Shown: positions 11,985-24,053 of the stretch, piece after piece
Position numbering within the stretch: the stretch's first letter is position 1
Layout of the letters: each line of letters starts with the position of its first letter
Source of the DNA: Selaginella moellendorffii
Taxonomy: Eukaryota > Plantae > Lycopodiophyta
Direction of reading: 5' to 3'
DNA length: 64,000 nt
NCBI RefSeq assembly: GCF_000143415.4
Contig: NW_003314273.1
Coordinates: 186,001-250,000, forward strand
Made by a program: the position numbers and the translations under genes
Notes under the pieces: generated by a model
The model's database searches: none
Seen by the model: only the letters and a program-made list of their open reading frames with translations
What the model was told of the DNA's origin: nothing

Positions 11985-13739
11985 AGACAAACGCTTAAAA
12001 AGGACTAAGTAAGAGAGAGAGAGAGAGAGCTCAAAGTTGGCACTCGATGTAAAGACCAGACCACAAAGTGTAAATTGGCTTTTTGTCAAGTAGAAAAGAT
12101 TACCCTAACGAAACTTTGAGAACATGTTTGTCCGGAGGACTTCTGCATACAAGAACGAGCTGGTTTTTCCATCGATCATGAGCTCAAGACGGTGATGTTC
12201 TTGTCTTTGAGCCATGGAACCTACACGTCTCAACGGTAAGTTCTTACAAAAATGACTCAAATGGTTTTGTCTACCCGACTATAAGAAAAGTTTGTAGCCC
12301 AAAAAAGGTAAATATATCTTCTAATCAGTAAGGGATTAATATTTTCCTGTATTATATTCCTATTTTAAAAATAAATAGCTAGTAAAGTTATAAAATTAAA
12401 AATTAAAAAATTAATCAACCAAATGATTGAAATTTTTATTTAGTAAAAATTAGAGTAGGTTAAGATTTATATAATTCTTTGTCTTGCTTTGCAACCAATA
12501 ATTCTTTGCAACAAGTCTTAGGGTCTGGCTAAACTAAATCATAAAGAATATATTACTATATTACCACTAACTTTGTATTCTTGGGATGCTTTATCATTGC
12601 CCAAAAATATAAAGTTAGTGATAATATAGTGATGTTTTTCAAAAAATAGTGGAGTTATATAATTATTAATTTAAATGGATGACCATATCCTGATCAGCTG
12701 TTCTTCCATTAATATTCAAATACATATGATGTGATTTTTATTCAATTAATTTCAGTTCATAATACAATTTGGTTTTTTATTCTTTTGTTGAAGTATCTAC
12801 AAAGCTGAAGTAGATTAAATTAAGGGTATTTAGCATTCTCATGATTTTATATAAAAATCTTAGTTGGGCAAAAGTGTTCTTCACAACAAGTAGAACTCTA
12901 TCTCAAAGATCAAATAAAAAATATAAGATATTGCCATAAGCTTGGCAAGGTTTAATTTCCAAGTTGATTCAATGACTCAACTTCAATTTCTCTTATAAAA
13001 GTATATAGCTCTTTTGTAGCAATATGAAAAAATTATATATAACAAAGAATAAATACCTAAAATATTAATAGCATCTACTAAAGAGATTTAGGTTGAATGT
13101 TAATTTGGAATTAATTTCCCTCACTTATCAATCTTAGTAAAGAATAAATTTCTTAGTGGTATGATCACAATACAGAAGCTCACACTTAGCTCTATAACTC
13201 TAGAGTTAAGTTCTTTTAATGAAATCTATATATGCTCTAAATGAAAGATCAACTTCTTTAACACTATAACGAATTTTTTAGCTGATTTACGAGATTATAC
13301 ATATATGTGCATTAAGCATGGAGCATTTAGAGAAATCAATAAATCTAATAGATACATTTTTAGGTAATGAATTTTATGCTTTTTAATTTTGAATTTGTGA
13401 CATGTTATTCTAGGCAACCATTGTTGTATGCAAAAAAGGTTTTACATTCTATAATAACTTTAAAACATAGATAAGAGCTATTATCTACCTTTCATTAAGA
13501 AAACTCTTGGAGCTCAGTTAATATAAAATATAAAAAAAGTTAAGAAAATGCACTTTATTGCTGTTGCAAATACTTTATAAATTAGTCATTCTTTTTCATC
13601 CAAACTCACTGATAATTCTTATTGAAAATATGGATATCTCAATTTGAAACTCTTTGGCTTATTTTTAGGAGTTTTTATAAATTTGTGAAAAGAGCAATCC
13701 ATTTAAATTTCTTTATTAAATACCTTTTTATGCAATTTA

Positions 13740-16700
13740 GTAAGATATTTGTAAGTCACTAAATTTTCCATTTTACTTTAACCATGTCTTTGACCATTTG
13801 GATGAGTCTTACTCACAACCTCTGTAGGTTCTCATCTCAACTTGGTTATTCCTCAAATATGTTCTCACAACCACATTGACTTCACATTTGGTCAAATGCT
13901 CTATATATCAAGTCTCAATTCAGATACCCAAAAGTACCTCTAACATACTAGCTTTCAATATCACATTAGTAGTCTAAGCCCATTGGTACTATAGTTTTAT
14001 TTTTTCGAAACTAAACCATCTGTCCATGAGTGGTCATCTTATCACCACACCTTAATATCTTTATGATGCCCCAAAATATAAAGAACACCATCCTTTAATA
14101 TCCCTTCTTCAATCCCTACTAAATCCTTTTTATCCATAGTAGTGCTTACCAATACCATTAATAAGGCTTATCCATTAAGTCCCACTAACATTTAGGACTT
14201 CTTTATTACATAATCATGCCTTTGGTTAGCAAACAAGAGGACTCCTCTTCCTTTCCATGATTTAGGATTTTGGAATGATATTTTAAAACACCATAGCCCA
14301 ATATAAGCCTTATAGGTACTCCCACCTTCCACCACTAGGATGCCCTAGTCATGTGGCTAGAGTGAAGCTTTAATGAGCCACATAAGGTATTTAAATAAGT
14401 AGTGCCACACAACTCTTGAATACTTCACTAAGTCACTTCACTTATCCATTTATATTCACTTTAGCTTTGGACTCTTTAGTGTTTATATCATCACCTAATA
14501 TGTTGGTATAGTTTTCCTTAGTCTAGAGTCCTTCCCTTATTATCCTATTGAGACTTACCAAGCCCCTTAAAGTTTAAGAGATGATTGCGTTGGGCTTTCA
14601 CCCTTGGACGTGGACTCAGACTTAAACTTAGACTTGCACTTAATTGTAATCTCTTGAATTTAAACTTCTTAGAAGGTCACGTAACTCAATATTATTCAAA
14701 CCCAATGACACTTAACCCCAAATATCCCAAGACCCTTAACCAATTGGAAAAAAGGGGTGCATTCTTATTTATGAGCTTTTTCCCTTTATATTTTAACTTT
14801 TATATATTGTTTTTCAAGTTGTTCCCTTTAGTTGCTTATATTAGTCATGGTCTTAATCTCAATCTTAGTATTAGTCTCAAACTCTATTTTGAGCTCCATC
14901 TTAGACTCCATCTTCCTTCTCAGACTCAATCTCAGACTCCTTTTTGAGTCTGTAAGCAATTAAAAGGAATGATTTGAGAGATGATCTATAGGAGTTCAAA
15001 TATAAAGGGAAAGTGCTCATGAATAAGAGTGCACCCTTTTTTCCAATCGGTTAAGGGTCTTGGGATATTTGGCCTTGGGTTTGAATAGTATTGGGTTAGC
15101 TGATCTCCTGGGAAGTTCAAATTTAGAAGTTTATAGGGCCTAATCTTGACACTTTCAAATATTATGACACTTGCTATGTGTCGATCATTCTTTTGTCCCT
15201 TTTTTGAGGCTCACTTACCAATCACTTCATGCTTGTTCCTTGGACATTTCTTTGAAAGTTCCACTTTTGCTCTTGTTTTTTTTAACTTTTAGTCCAAATA
15301 TGTTACACTCATTGGACTTTTGCTTTGGCTGTTACTTCATTAATCACCTTGAATTCTACTTTGGGACTTAGGGATTTGTGTCTTATAACTCCACCACCCA
15401 TAGATGAAGTTCAATGTCCTCATCGAATAATAATTTATTTTCTAAAGTAACCCTATCATAGATTGTCAATTTTACCTTTGCACCAAGCTAGTTTTAATTA
15501 ATGGTTTAACACCAAAGGTTCATTATCCTTTGCATATCTATTGAGTATAAATTCTTCAATTAAGAGACTCATTAGATCACTTATGATGGTTTGTTAATTT
15601 ATATTTTGCTAAACCCACTAGAGACACCATTTCTATCTCAATCTTACATCTCATTCTAAAATAGTCTCAAACTATATTAACATGACCATCACCTTTTGGA
15701 ATTTTAATATTGACTTCTCATGTCAATTTTAAAAGTGTCTCCAACATCTTTTGTTGCATATATTGTGCAAACTTTACTTTCTTATCTTAGGGAGTTTTTT
15801 ACATGAGAACACCATCATCCTCTTTTTATCTCATGCCAACCTAGGCATTAAATTCCACTTATCCATAATTTACACTAGAGATGCTTATACTTTTATCATT
15901 TGGCTATATAGTCATTTAATCTTTTGGAGCTTTCAACTTTTGCCGAATTGGAGAACTTGGGAATCCCATCCCTTGGAATCTTATTACTTTCTTTATGATC
16001 CATAAGCATCCACTATATAGTGGTTTTTTTACTAATTTATCATTTAGGTTCCTTCCAACAATTACCAAGGCCCATTCTTAGTCATTAATCTTTTATTTTT
16101 ATCCATAGATCATTGCACTAAAAAACTTAAGATTGCTACCTTCGTTTTTGGGGGTATTTTTTTGTTAGCAAAGGCTTTGTTTTGCTAAATCTAAAAGGTA
16201 TTCACCATTAGAGTCTCACTATCATTTTTTGTTATAGACACTATCCCTAGCCCAATCCCTATCCCTTGGGTCTTTCTTTAGAGACTACTTTCTTGAACTC
16301 ACAATACTATTGTATTATCATAATGTAACCTACCAAAGAAAATAATTCGAAAGATGATCTATAAATGTTTAAATATAAAAGGAAAAGGTCTATGAATAAT
16401 ACTGCACCCCCTTTTTTCAATTGATTAAGGGTTTTGAGATACTTGGGGTTTGAGTTTAAATAATATTGGGTTGGGTGACTTCTTAATTTAGGAGTTTACA
16501 TATAGATTATTTCACTTTAATGTCTTTCTCACTAAGTCATAATGACTAAGTTATACTATTACCAACAGTTTAAATCACTACTTTGAACTAAGAACCATGT
16601 TCCATAACTCAATAATGAGCTTGTTTTTAATTAGCCATAGGATTACCAAGTGATCCCACATAGACATCTCAAGTTTACCGATAAGTATTAAATCAACTTG

Positions 16701-17022
16701 ACCTTTGAGTTGTTAGCAATTGAGATTTGGTATCCCTGTCCCATTCACCATAGTTCTAATGCCATTTACACCCAAGTAGTCAAGTTAGATGTGTTGAGCT
16801 TTTATACCAAACACGTTAACCATGCATCAAAATTCTAGGGCATCCCCCAATTAGTAGTGTGCCAAAGCCATCCTTTTTATTAAGAGTTTATAACCACTGA
16901 AAAATGAATGTCTTTATATTCTAAACCATCACCATATCTTAGTAGGTTGGGAACTGAACCCAAACACTAGAGGGTTGGGATTTGAACTCAACTTTTGTAT
17001 ATGCATCTATAAACGATATCAC
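13740..17022 (-). mobile_element. Old AT-eroded Ty3/gypsy LTR-retrotransposon relics, related to the element at 19344-40590
   Basis: 15388-15428 (actccaccacccatagatgaagttcaatgtcctcatcgaa) matches the PPT region at 20504-20545. 16965-17022 resembles 20720-20780. 13750-14580 resembles 45850-46660. Confidence 0.65.
14645..16500. repeat. Three copies of an approx. 180-200 bp TGTAA...TTACA/TTATA interspersed repeat (short solo-LTR/TRIM-like): 14645-14840 (-), 14951-15135 (+), 16324-16500 (+)
   Basis: Shared core ...atgaataa-agtgcaccc-tttttcaatcggttaagggt-ttgggatatttggggtt...ggaagttcaaattYaggagtttaca. TG..CA-like termini and degenerate 5-bp flanks (TTAAT/TTAGT, GAGTC/GGGCC). Confidence 0.65.
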
Positions 17023-17371
17023 TGTCAGGAATCCCCTAATTCTTGCCACATTTCTGACTCTCACCAGATTCTTAACCTGCAGACTATATTCCTGACTCTC
17101 GAGACACTTCCCTATTCCTGACTCTCTGATTTCCCATACGATTTCTGAGTCTCGAGCCACATTCCTGATGATGATATGGCACCTCCTCGACCTCAACTAT
17201 ATTTAGGCTATCTTGGTGGAGCTTTATCAACCTATAGTGTATATAGGTTAGCCTTGTTCCATTTCTCCACAATATGAATTAACACCAGTCTAAGGCTTTT
17301 TCTTCGTTTTCACTAGCTTTTCTCTTTGTCTTCTACATTTTCCAGTCTTGATCTTGTTGGGGGTTTTGACA
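17023..17371 (+). repeat. 5' LTR of outer chromovirus
   Basis: TGTCAGGAATCCCC...GGGGGTTTTGACA, similar to 42402-42788. Confidence 0.92.
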
Positions 17372-17467
17372 GTTTGATTTAGATTGTGTTTTTTCGTTTT
17401 TGCTTTAGCTCATTTTGATTGTTTGACTGCCTTTGCCTTTTTCCCTTTTTTTCTTTCTTCTTTGCCG

Positions 17468-18439
17468 ATGGAGTCTCCAAGCCATCCTGATTTCTTTGCT
17501 GAAGTCCTTGCAAAAATTCAATCTGAGAATACCGAGCTGAAGGCAATCCTTCTTCACATGCAGCAGGAGCTTGCTTCACTTTTGGCTCAAGGATCCAGCA
17601 AAGTTCCTGAACCGAAGGTGAGTTTCCCGGCAAAAGTTTCAGGCAAGCGTTCGGAGCTTCGCGGATTCTTGAACCAGATAGAGCTGATCTTCACACTTCA
17701 ACATCGGTGGTACCCTACTTCCGAGTCTCAAATAGGTGCGATCGGGATGTTGCTCGAAGGTGTAGCTTTGTCATGGTTTTCTCCTCTCCTAGAGAAGAGC
17801 ATGAAAGGGGTTGTGGTTCCAGAGCTGATGGGTTTTCAGTTGTTCAAAGAGAAGCTTGACACATGTTTTGGCGAGACGGATCGGGTTCAAGCTGCCACCA
17901 CAAAGATGAGATGTCTCTCTCAAGGGTCTCGTTCTGCCTTGATCTATGCTGCAGAGTTCCAACTCCTTGCCTTGGACACTCAATGGGATGAGCGGGCCCT
18001 GATTGATCAATTTCGTTTCGGCCTTAACAACAGTGTCAAGAATTTGTTGCTCACCATGGAGGATCCCATAGACTTGTCGGACGCCATCAACAAAACTGTT
18101 CGATGCAACAATCGTCTCTTTGAATGTCGTCAGGAAAGTCGCCGCACTGCCGTTTTCCCGTCCCAGACTCAGGGATCCCAGCTTTAGTCTTCGGGGCATA
18201 CACCTGAACCTACTACTCCGGTCCTGATGGATATTTTTGGTACTCCCCGACTCATCAAAGGGAAGTTGAGTCCTACTGAGAAGCAATGTCGAATATCTCA
18301 TAATCTTTGCCTCTACTATGTTGATCCTAATCACAAAGCAGCTGTGTGTCCCAAGAAGCCTCCCCGACTGCTCGAGTTCACTCTGCCTCAAGGTCCACCT
18401 CTGTTGCAATCGGGAAATGACCATGTCCAAACAGAGTAG
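17468..18439 (+). pseudogene. gag: gag of outer chromovirus (in-frame stop at 18185-18187)
   Basis: PEPKVSFPAKVSGKRSELRGFLNQIELIF...LEGVALSWF...LSQGSRSALIYAAEFQLLA...WDERALIDQFRFGL; degenerate Zn knuckle NLCLYYVDPNHKAAVCP. Confidence 0.88.
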
Positions 18440-19343
18440 GAGCTGTCTGTTTGGACTCCCCGAATAAAAATCACTTTTCTTCTTTATCAAGCTCCTCACC
18501 ACCTTTCATCAAAGCCACCACCAATTCCTGCAACTTCTGCATCCTATATCTCCTTTCTTTCATTGGACAATTAGGACTCAAGGCTCTAGCGCTACTGGAC
18601 TTGGGTGCAACTTCTTGCTTCATGGACACAGACTTTGCTGCCCAACATCACGTTCCTCTTTCTCCTACCATATGGGATCTGAGGGTTGAAGGCATCGGCA
18701 GGCATTTTATGTCTCTATCTTCTGGACTTAGGGAAATGTTGCCTATTCAAGTACACATTGGGTCCACCGTCACCAATATTTCCTTCAACATCATCAACAG
18801 CAAATCCTCCTCTGTGGTGCTCGGCCTTCCTTGGTTCCAACTACATCAATCTCAGATCCGTTGGAAGGAATTACAACTCGTTTCTCCCACATCACCATCT
18901 CCCATGACTTCCCTTGCTGTTCATTGAGTTTGAATCAGGAAAAGTTCCCTAAACTCAAATCGGGGTTCTATTCCTGACTCTACGAAGTTTTCACCCTTTT
19001 CTTTTCCTTCTCTTCCATCTTACACTGGACAGTATCCTCGTTTCATCATTCTATTTAGTCGTACGCCTCCTCCTATCTCCACAATCACTATGAAAGAACT
19101 CCTTCATGAAGAACCTATTTTCCTTTTTGCTTTGCATGTTTCTCTTATCAGTCTTCCTGAGAAGTATCATAATTTTGGGGATGTGTTTGACAAGAAAAAA
19201 GCTAGTGTATTGCCTGTTCATTGGCCTTATGACTGTCCCATTGATTTACAGGAAGGAGTATTACCTTCGTGGGGGCCCATCTACGGGTTATCCCCATCCG
19301 AGCTTAAGGCCCTCAAAGAGTACGTGGATGAGAACCTTGCCTC
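18412..19343 (+). pseudogene. pol: pol 5' part (aspartic protease and pre-RT region) of outer chromovirus
   Basis: ALLDLGATSCFMD...VVLGLPWF; LPEKYHNFGDVFDKKKASVLPVHWPYDCPIDL...GPIYGLSPSELKALKEYVDENLA. Confidence 0.88.
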
Positions 19344-20503
19344 TGTAAGCCACAAATTTTTCCTTTCCAATTTGCCAGCTTACCTCGACTATCCGTCCAA
19401 CACTGCCTTGGCTTTTGCTAAGTTCCCTTGCCAAGGTTCTCGCCTATGGTACCAGCTCCTACTTGGTTTCAGCTACTCACTGCACGAGCAACGGAGTGTT
19501 AGCCATCCATCCACGGATTCCCAAATCACTCCCAATCCCCCTCCCCGGGTTAGACTGGACTTAAGGTTCGGCTACACTCCCCGCAAGCACAGGCGGCCAA
19601 GCACACCAAGCTTCCAGGTTCCTAACATCCCTTGGTACCACAAGACTTGATCATGGGACCCTCTAAATCCCAAGTCTTGAGTGCAACACTTGCTTCGGGA
19701 CGCCGGGGCGAAACACCGTGGCCTAGCGGCCCGGTATGGGTACCTCTACCCCCCCACTTCCATCCCGAAGGAAGGCCCAAGCCCCTAGGAAGGGCGAGGA
19801 CCAATGAGCCGCATGGTACTCAAGTGGGGCACCACTCCACATGAGCCGGGAGCACCGCAATCGGTTTCCCTTTCGGGAGTGGGAGCTGCTCTTGAGCACT
19901 TCCTTGGATGGCCCCTCCGGCACCAGCCAAGTCCATGCTCACTCCCACCCAAGGCCCCTCGGTCCCAGTCTCAACCTCAAGTCGGTTTGGAAGCCCAACT
20001 GGAGAGTCCCTTCAAAACTCGTTCCTGGACCTCACTATCCCTACTATACTTTTGGAACCCCCTACAGCCCCCCCCCCCTGGGAGATGCACACTTTGGGCT
20101 TTCACCCCTTGACCCGTATTAGTATTTGGACTTAGTCTCTGGCTCGATCTTAGACCCGATTTCGGATCCGACTTCGGATTCGGTCTCGGACTCGATCTCG
20201 GACTCGATCTCGGACCCGATCTCGGACCCGATCTCGGACCCAACCTCGGACTCGACTTCGGACTCGGTCTCGGACCCGATTTCGGATCTCGGACTCCGTC
20301 TCGAACTCCGTCTCGAACTCAGACTCGAACTCGGTCCCCGAGTCGGTCTCGGACTCGATTCCGGACTCTATCTCGAACTCGGTCCTAGAGTCGGTCTTGG
20401 ACTCAATCTTCGACTTGGTCCCATCCGATGAACTCTTTGTCATTTTGGTCATGCTTTCGGGGTTCCTTTAGCCTACGACACCTCGGCGAGTTGGTTCCTT
20501 ACA
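19344..20503 (-). repeat. 3' LTR of nested chromovirus, with internal tandem array of CTCGGA/CTCGAT-type units (about 20140-20420)
   Basis: Near-identical to 39428-40590; TGTAAG...CTTACA termini. Confidence 0.95.
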
Positions 20504-20904
20504 ACTCCACCACCCATAGAAGAAGTTCGATGCCCACATCGAACATCTCGTTTTATCCTACGACTTGTTGACCATGTCTCCGGGGGCATCCCCCCACTTA
20601 GCGGTGTGCCTAAGTTAGCCTCCCGGCCAAGAGCCCATGACAACGGAATATAGGTGTCCCTATACTCCTCACCTCACCACGCCCTAATATGGGGTCGGGA
20701 CTTGAACTCAGCCTTGCTTTACTAGGGGGTTGGGATTTGAACCCAACCTCCATAGAATACGTCTACGGATTCGACATCCCTGTAGGGAGTCGGGCGTAGC
20801 TCCCTATGCCTGGTCGACCTAGCTAACCCATGCTAATTAGCTTACCTTCGGTGCGCCTTCGGGTCCTAGCATATGCCATTGCTCAACTTTTCAAATTGAT
20901 ACTT

Positions 20905-21857
20905 TTAATTGAACTTTGCATAAGTACATAGAGTTCTGCCATGCAAAAATTCCTCCACTAGATCTCGCGTGTTCGCTAGGTTCTCCTCCGGTTCCCATGT
21001 TGCTTCGCAGTGTGGAAATCCTTTCCACTTCACATGGAACTCTCTCACCTCGCGTCCTTGTCGCTTGCTCTTGCGCGCATTGAGGATGGTCTCGACTTCG
21101 TATTCCTCCTCCCCTTGGATAACCTCAAGTAAAGGTCTTACTTGGTCCTTGCGAAGCGGATCCTCAAAATACGGCTTGAGTAAGTTCACGTGGAACACGG
21201 GATGCATCTTCCCCATCTCTCGAGGAAGTCGGAGACGGTAAGCCACTTTACCGATTCGAGCCTCAATCTCGTAAGGCCCCGCGAACCTGCTTAAGGAACT
21301 CAAGATCAATTCATTTACAGGAATACATGCATTTTCACCTTTGGGTCAACTTCCGGCTGATCCCACTTGGTAGCCTGAGGTTCTTGGTGTTCAGCCACAC
21401 CTTCTCCCCAGCTTGGAACTCCACATCCCGACGCTTTTGGTTCGCGTACTTAGTTTGCCTTTGTTGAGCTCGTTCCAAGGAATCCCTCACTAGATTCCAA
21501 ATGTTGAGTCTTTCCGCCGTGAATGCCTCCACTGCGGGTAACTCTCCATGATACTCGGCCACGCCGAGTTCCACAGGACCTTCAATAGCTCGCCCATTGA
21601 TGACTTCCCATGGACTCACCCCGATGCTTGAATGTGGTGAGTTGTTATAACACATTTCTGCAAGTCCCAAATGACTTACCCAGTCGGTCTAGTTTCCCGA
21701 GACATAGCATTGCAAATAATCCTCCAGCTGCCTATTCACCCTTTCCATTTGTCCGTCTGTCAAGAAGTGTTAGTGCCATCAATCTTGACTTAATACCCAT
21801 TACCTGTCTGTGGGTGATAGGCTGTGCTGAATTTCAACTTGGTGCGATACTGTTCTA
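20905..21857 (-). pseudogene. pol: Integrase C-terminal half, GPY/F region and chromodomain of nested chromovirus, split by two intron-like insertions
   Basis: TKLKFSTAYHPQT|DGQMERVN...KLTQR|FAGPYEI...HPVFHVNLLKPY...EYEVETIL...FHVKWKGFPHCEATWEPEENL. Confidence 0.9.
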
Positions 21858-22299
21858 AAGCTCTATTTCGTTAAAGTGGGAATTGTCATTATCCCACTTG
21901 TAAAATAAAGTTTCCAAACCTTTATATAGTATATAAATATAACAAAATTCAACTGCATTGAGGCACATGCCATTTTATTTTAAACAAGGAAATGTCTACT
22001 CAATCACTTCTCCTCCCCCTGCCACTGCTTCACCTCTCTCTTCTCCTTGTCATCGTCGTCCAATTTCTTTCCATCCTTTTAATATTGGCTCAGTTGCTCC
22101 GAGTCTAGGTGGAGCCTAAGTCCCCATTCAATCTTTACTTTCCCCTTATTAATAAAACAACTTCGTAGACTTCCAATAACATGCTGTAACACTTCTAGTA
22201 TAATGCAAATCCTCTCAAAGAATTGTCTTTTAATATTAATACAATGGCATGGAACCCCATGCCATAATAAGTTACATTTTTAAATAAATACATGCCATC

Positions 22300-23807
22300 T
22301 CAAACTGTTATTTTTTGCCTCCAACGCCTATACAATAATCTTGGAATTTCATCACTCTCCACACTATCAGGATTTAAACCCAATAGTAATGCCATCTCTT
22401 CTCTAATACGTCCACGCTCATGTTCAGTGGTCGAAGAACCCATCCGGTTGAGCAGATTATGGAGATGCGGATAGTGCTTGGCTAGACAATATACATGCCA
22501 TAAATGATGACTGGTGTCTGTCCGATCAAATGGCTTCTGATATACCGTTCCATCTGCCATTTGGTTGATTTCTGCAGCCACCTCCTGGACTGGCCGGTTC
22601 TTTATCACCATCGCTTCAAGCCGTTTTGCAAGGTCCCCCAGAACATACGGTTTCTTCTCCCTAGTTTCCATACTGCAAGAGATGGGGTGCACTGCATATG
22701 TGTGCGTGTTCGCTGCAGTTTTAATCGGCGAGTCATCGATGATGAGGATTTCACTTGACCTAGCAGTCCGGTTCATCACTACAGCCTCTGCCTTGACGAA
22801 GATGGGCTTGCTACCCCTCACATGGACCATAGTCAAGCAATCCTCCTGCGTTAGGAGAAAGTCAAATGGTAATATTACTCGCGTCTGATCGTGCATCATC
22901 TGTAGCAACGTTAATGCATTGTGGCGCATCATGGATGTCCAAACTCCCAATTGCAAATTGAACCCGGCCCTCTGTTTTAAGTGTCGCATGGTCATTATTA
23001 GATCCCGCAGTTTCTCCCGTGTGATTAATGTGAATCTGTCTCTTTTGACCAACTTGCGACCGCAGGCTTTGGAGGGTGCAGTGACATTCGAGGACGAGCC
23101 ACGCTCATGGGAGAAAAGGACACCGTTCAGATCAAAAACGATACAGTACTTTCGCCGTGACTCTGAAATGAAATGCGTTAGCATAAAAAATGGTACAAGT
23201 CAATTTTACCATCTACAATATTAGCGAATGGTGCTCCCGATGGTCGTTCAGAGGGTTTTGGTCGAGGAAACGTGAAGGGCGGAAATACTCTCCTCTGCAA
23301 TGTGGGGTCAATCGCATCCGATGGCGTGTGGGCACATGCCATTTCAGCTGTAGACTCTGGTACAACTGGCTCAACAGTGGCATGGGGTGGTTCCAATGGC
23401 GTGTGATCACACGCCATTTCAGCTGGTGCCTCCGTTGGCAAAGTGGACATGACCGAACAGGCAGCAGGGGCGGTGTAGGGAGGTTCCAACGGCGTGTAGT
23501 CAGACGATTGGGCACACGTTGGAAATGAGGATACGACCGGCTCGGCGGCTGGGGCGGCCTCATGCGGGTCCAATGGCGCCTGGTCACCGTCAGTTGGATA
23601 CGTGGACAAGATTGACTCAGTGGTATGGGCAGCATCAAGTGGAGCGTGGTCAGCTTGCTTGGCGTTGATATGGATAGTAGCCTCCACCAGCTCTGATGAC
23701 TCTTGCAAGCAAGTAGAGTCCACTGGCGGATCCATATGCATGTCCAAATATCTCCCTTCGATTGAGATGGTATCCTCCCGTGCTACTAAAAACAAACTCA
23801 TTAGCAC
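22300..23807 (-). CDS. Transposon cargo exons: Pro/Ala-rich repeats spliced (intron 23163-23209) to an FCP1/NIF-like HAD phosphatase domain
   Basis: CIVFDLNGVLF (motif I variant DLNG), LGVWTSMMRHN, DFLLTQEDC, KPIFVK, ILIIDDSPIK. A 47-nt GT-AG intron with CTAAC branch point joins ORFs 23178..23807 and 22300..23184 in frame. Confidence 0.78.
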
Positions 23808-24053
23808 ATTGAATCGACTATACTGTATTTACCATCAACTGCTATTGAGGAACTAGGACCGATATCACTTGGGCGCACTGCTGATTCTGAAGGATTGGAC
23901 ATACGTTTCGACCTTTGCTTGGCACTATCCTTCCTCGACACTAAAGGCTAGAGTTTGTATCTTAATTCAACTGAATAATCTCTACTTACCATTTCTTCTG
24001 CGACCTACATGGACAATGTTAGAAATGGTAAAAGGTTAGGAATGGATGTACTA

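Noticed and set aside
20140-20420. Repeat array (also 40227-40507) giving ORFs such as SDPISDPTSD / RVRDRVRD; superficially CRISPR-like
   Set aside because: Short 6/12-bp tandem units inside both LTRs, with no unique spacers. The ORFs are by-products of the repeat.
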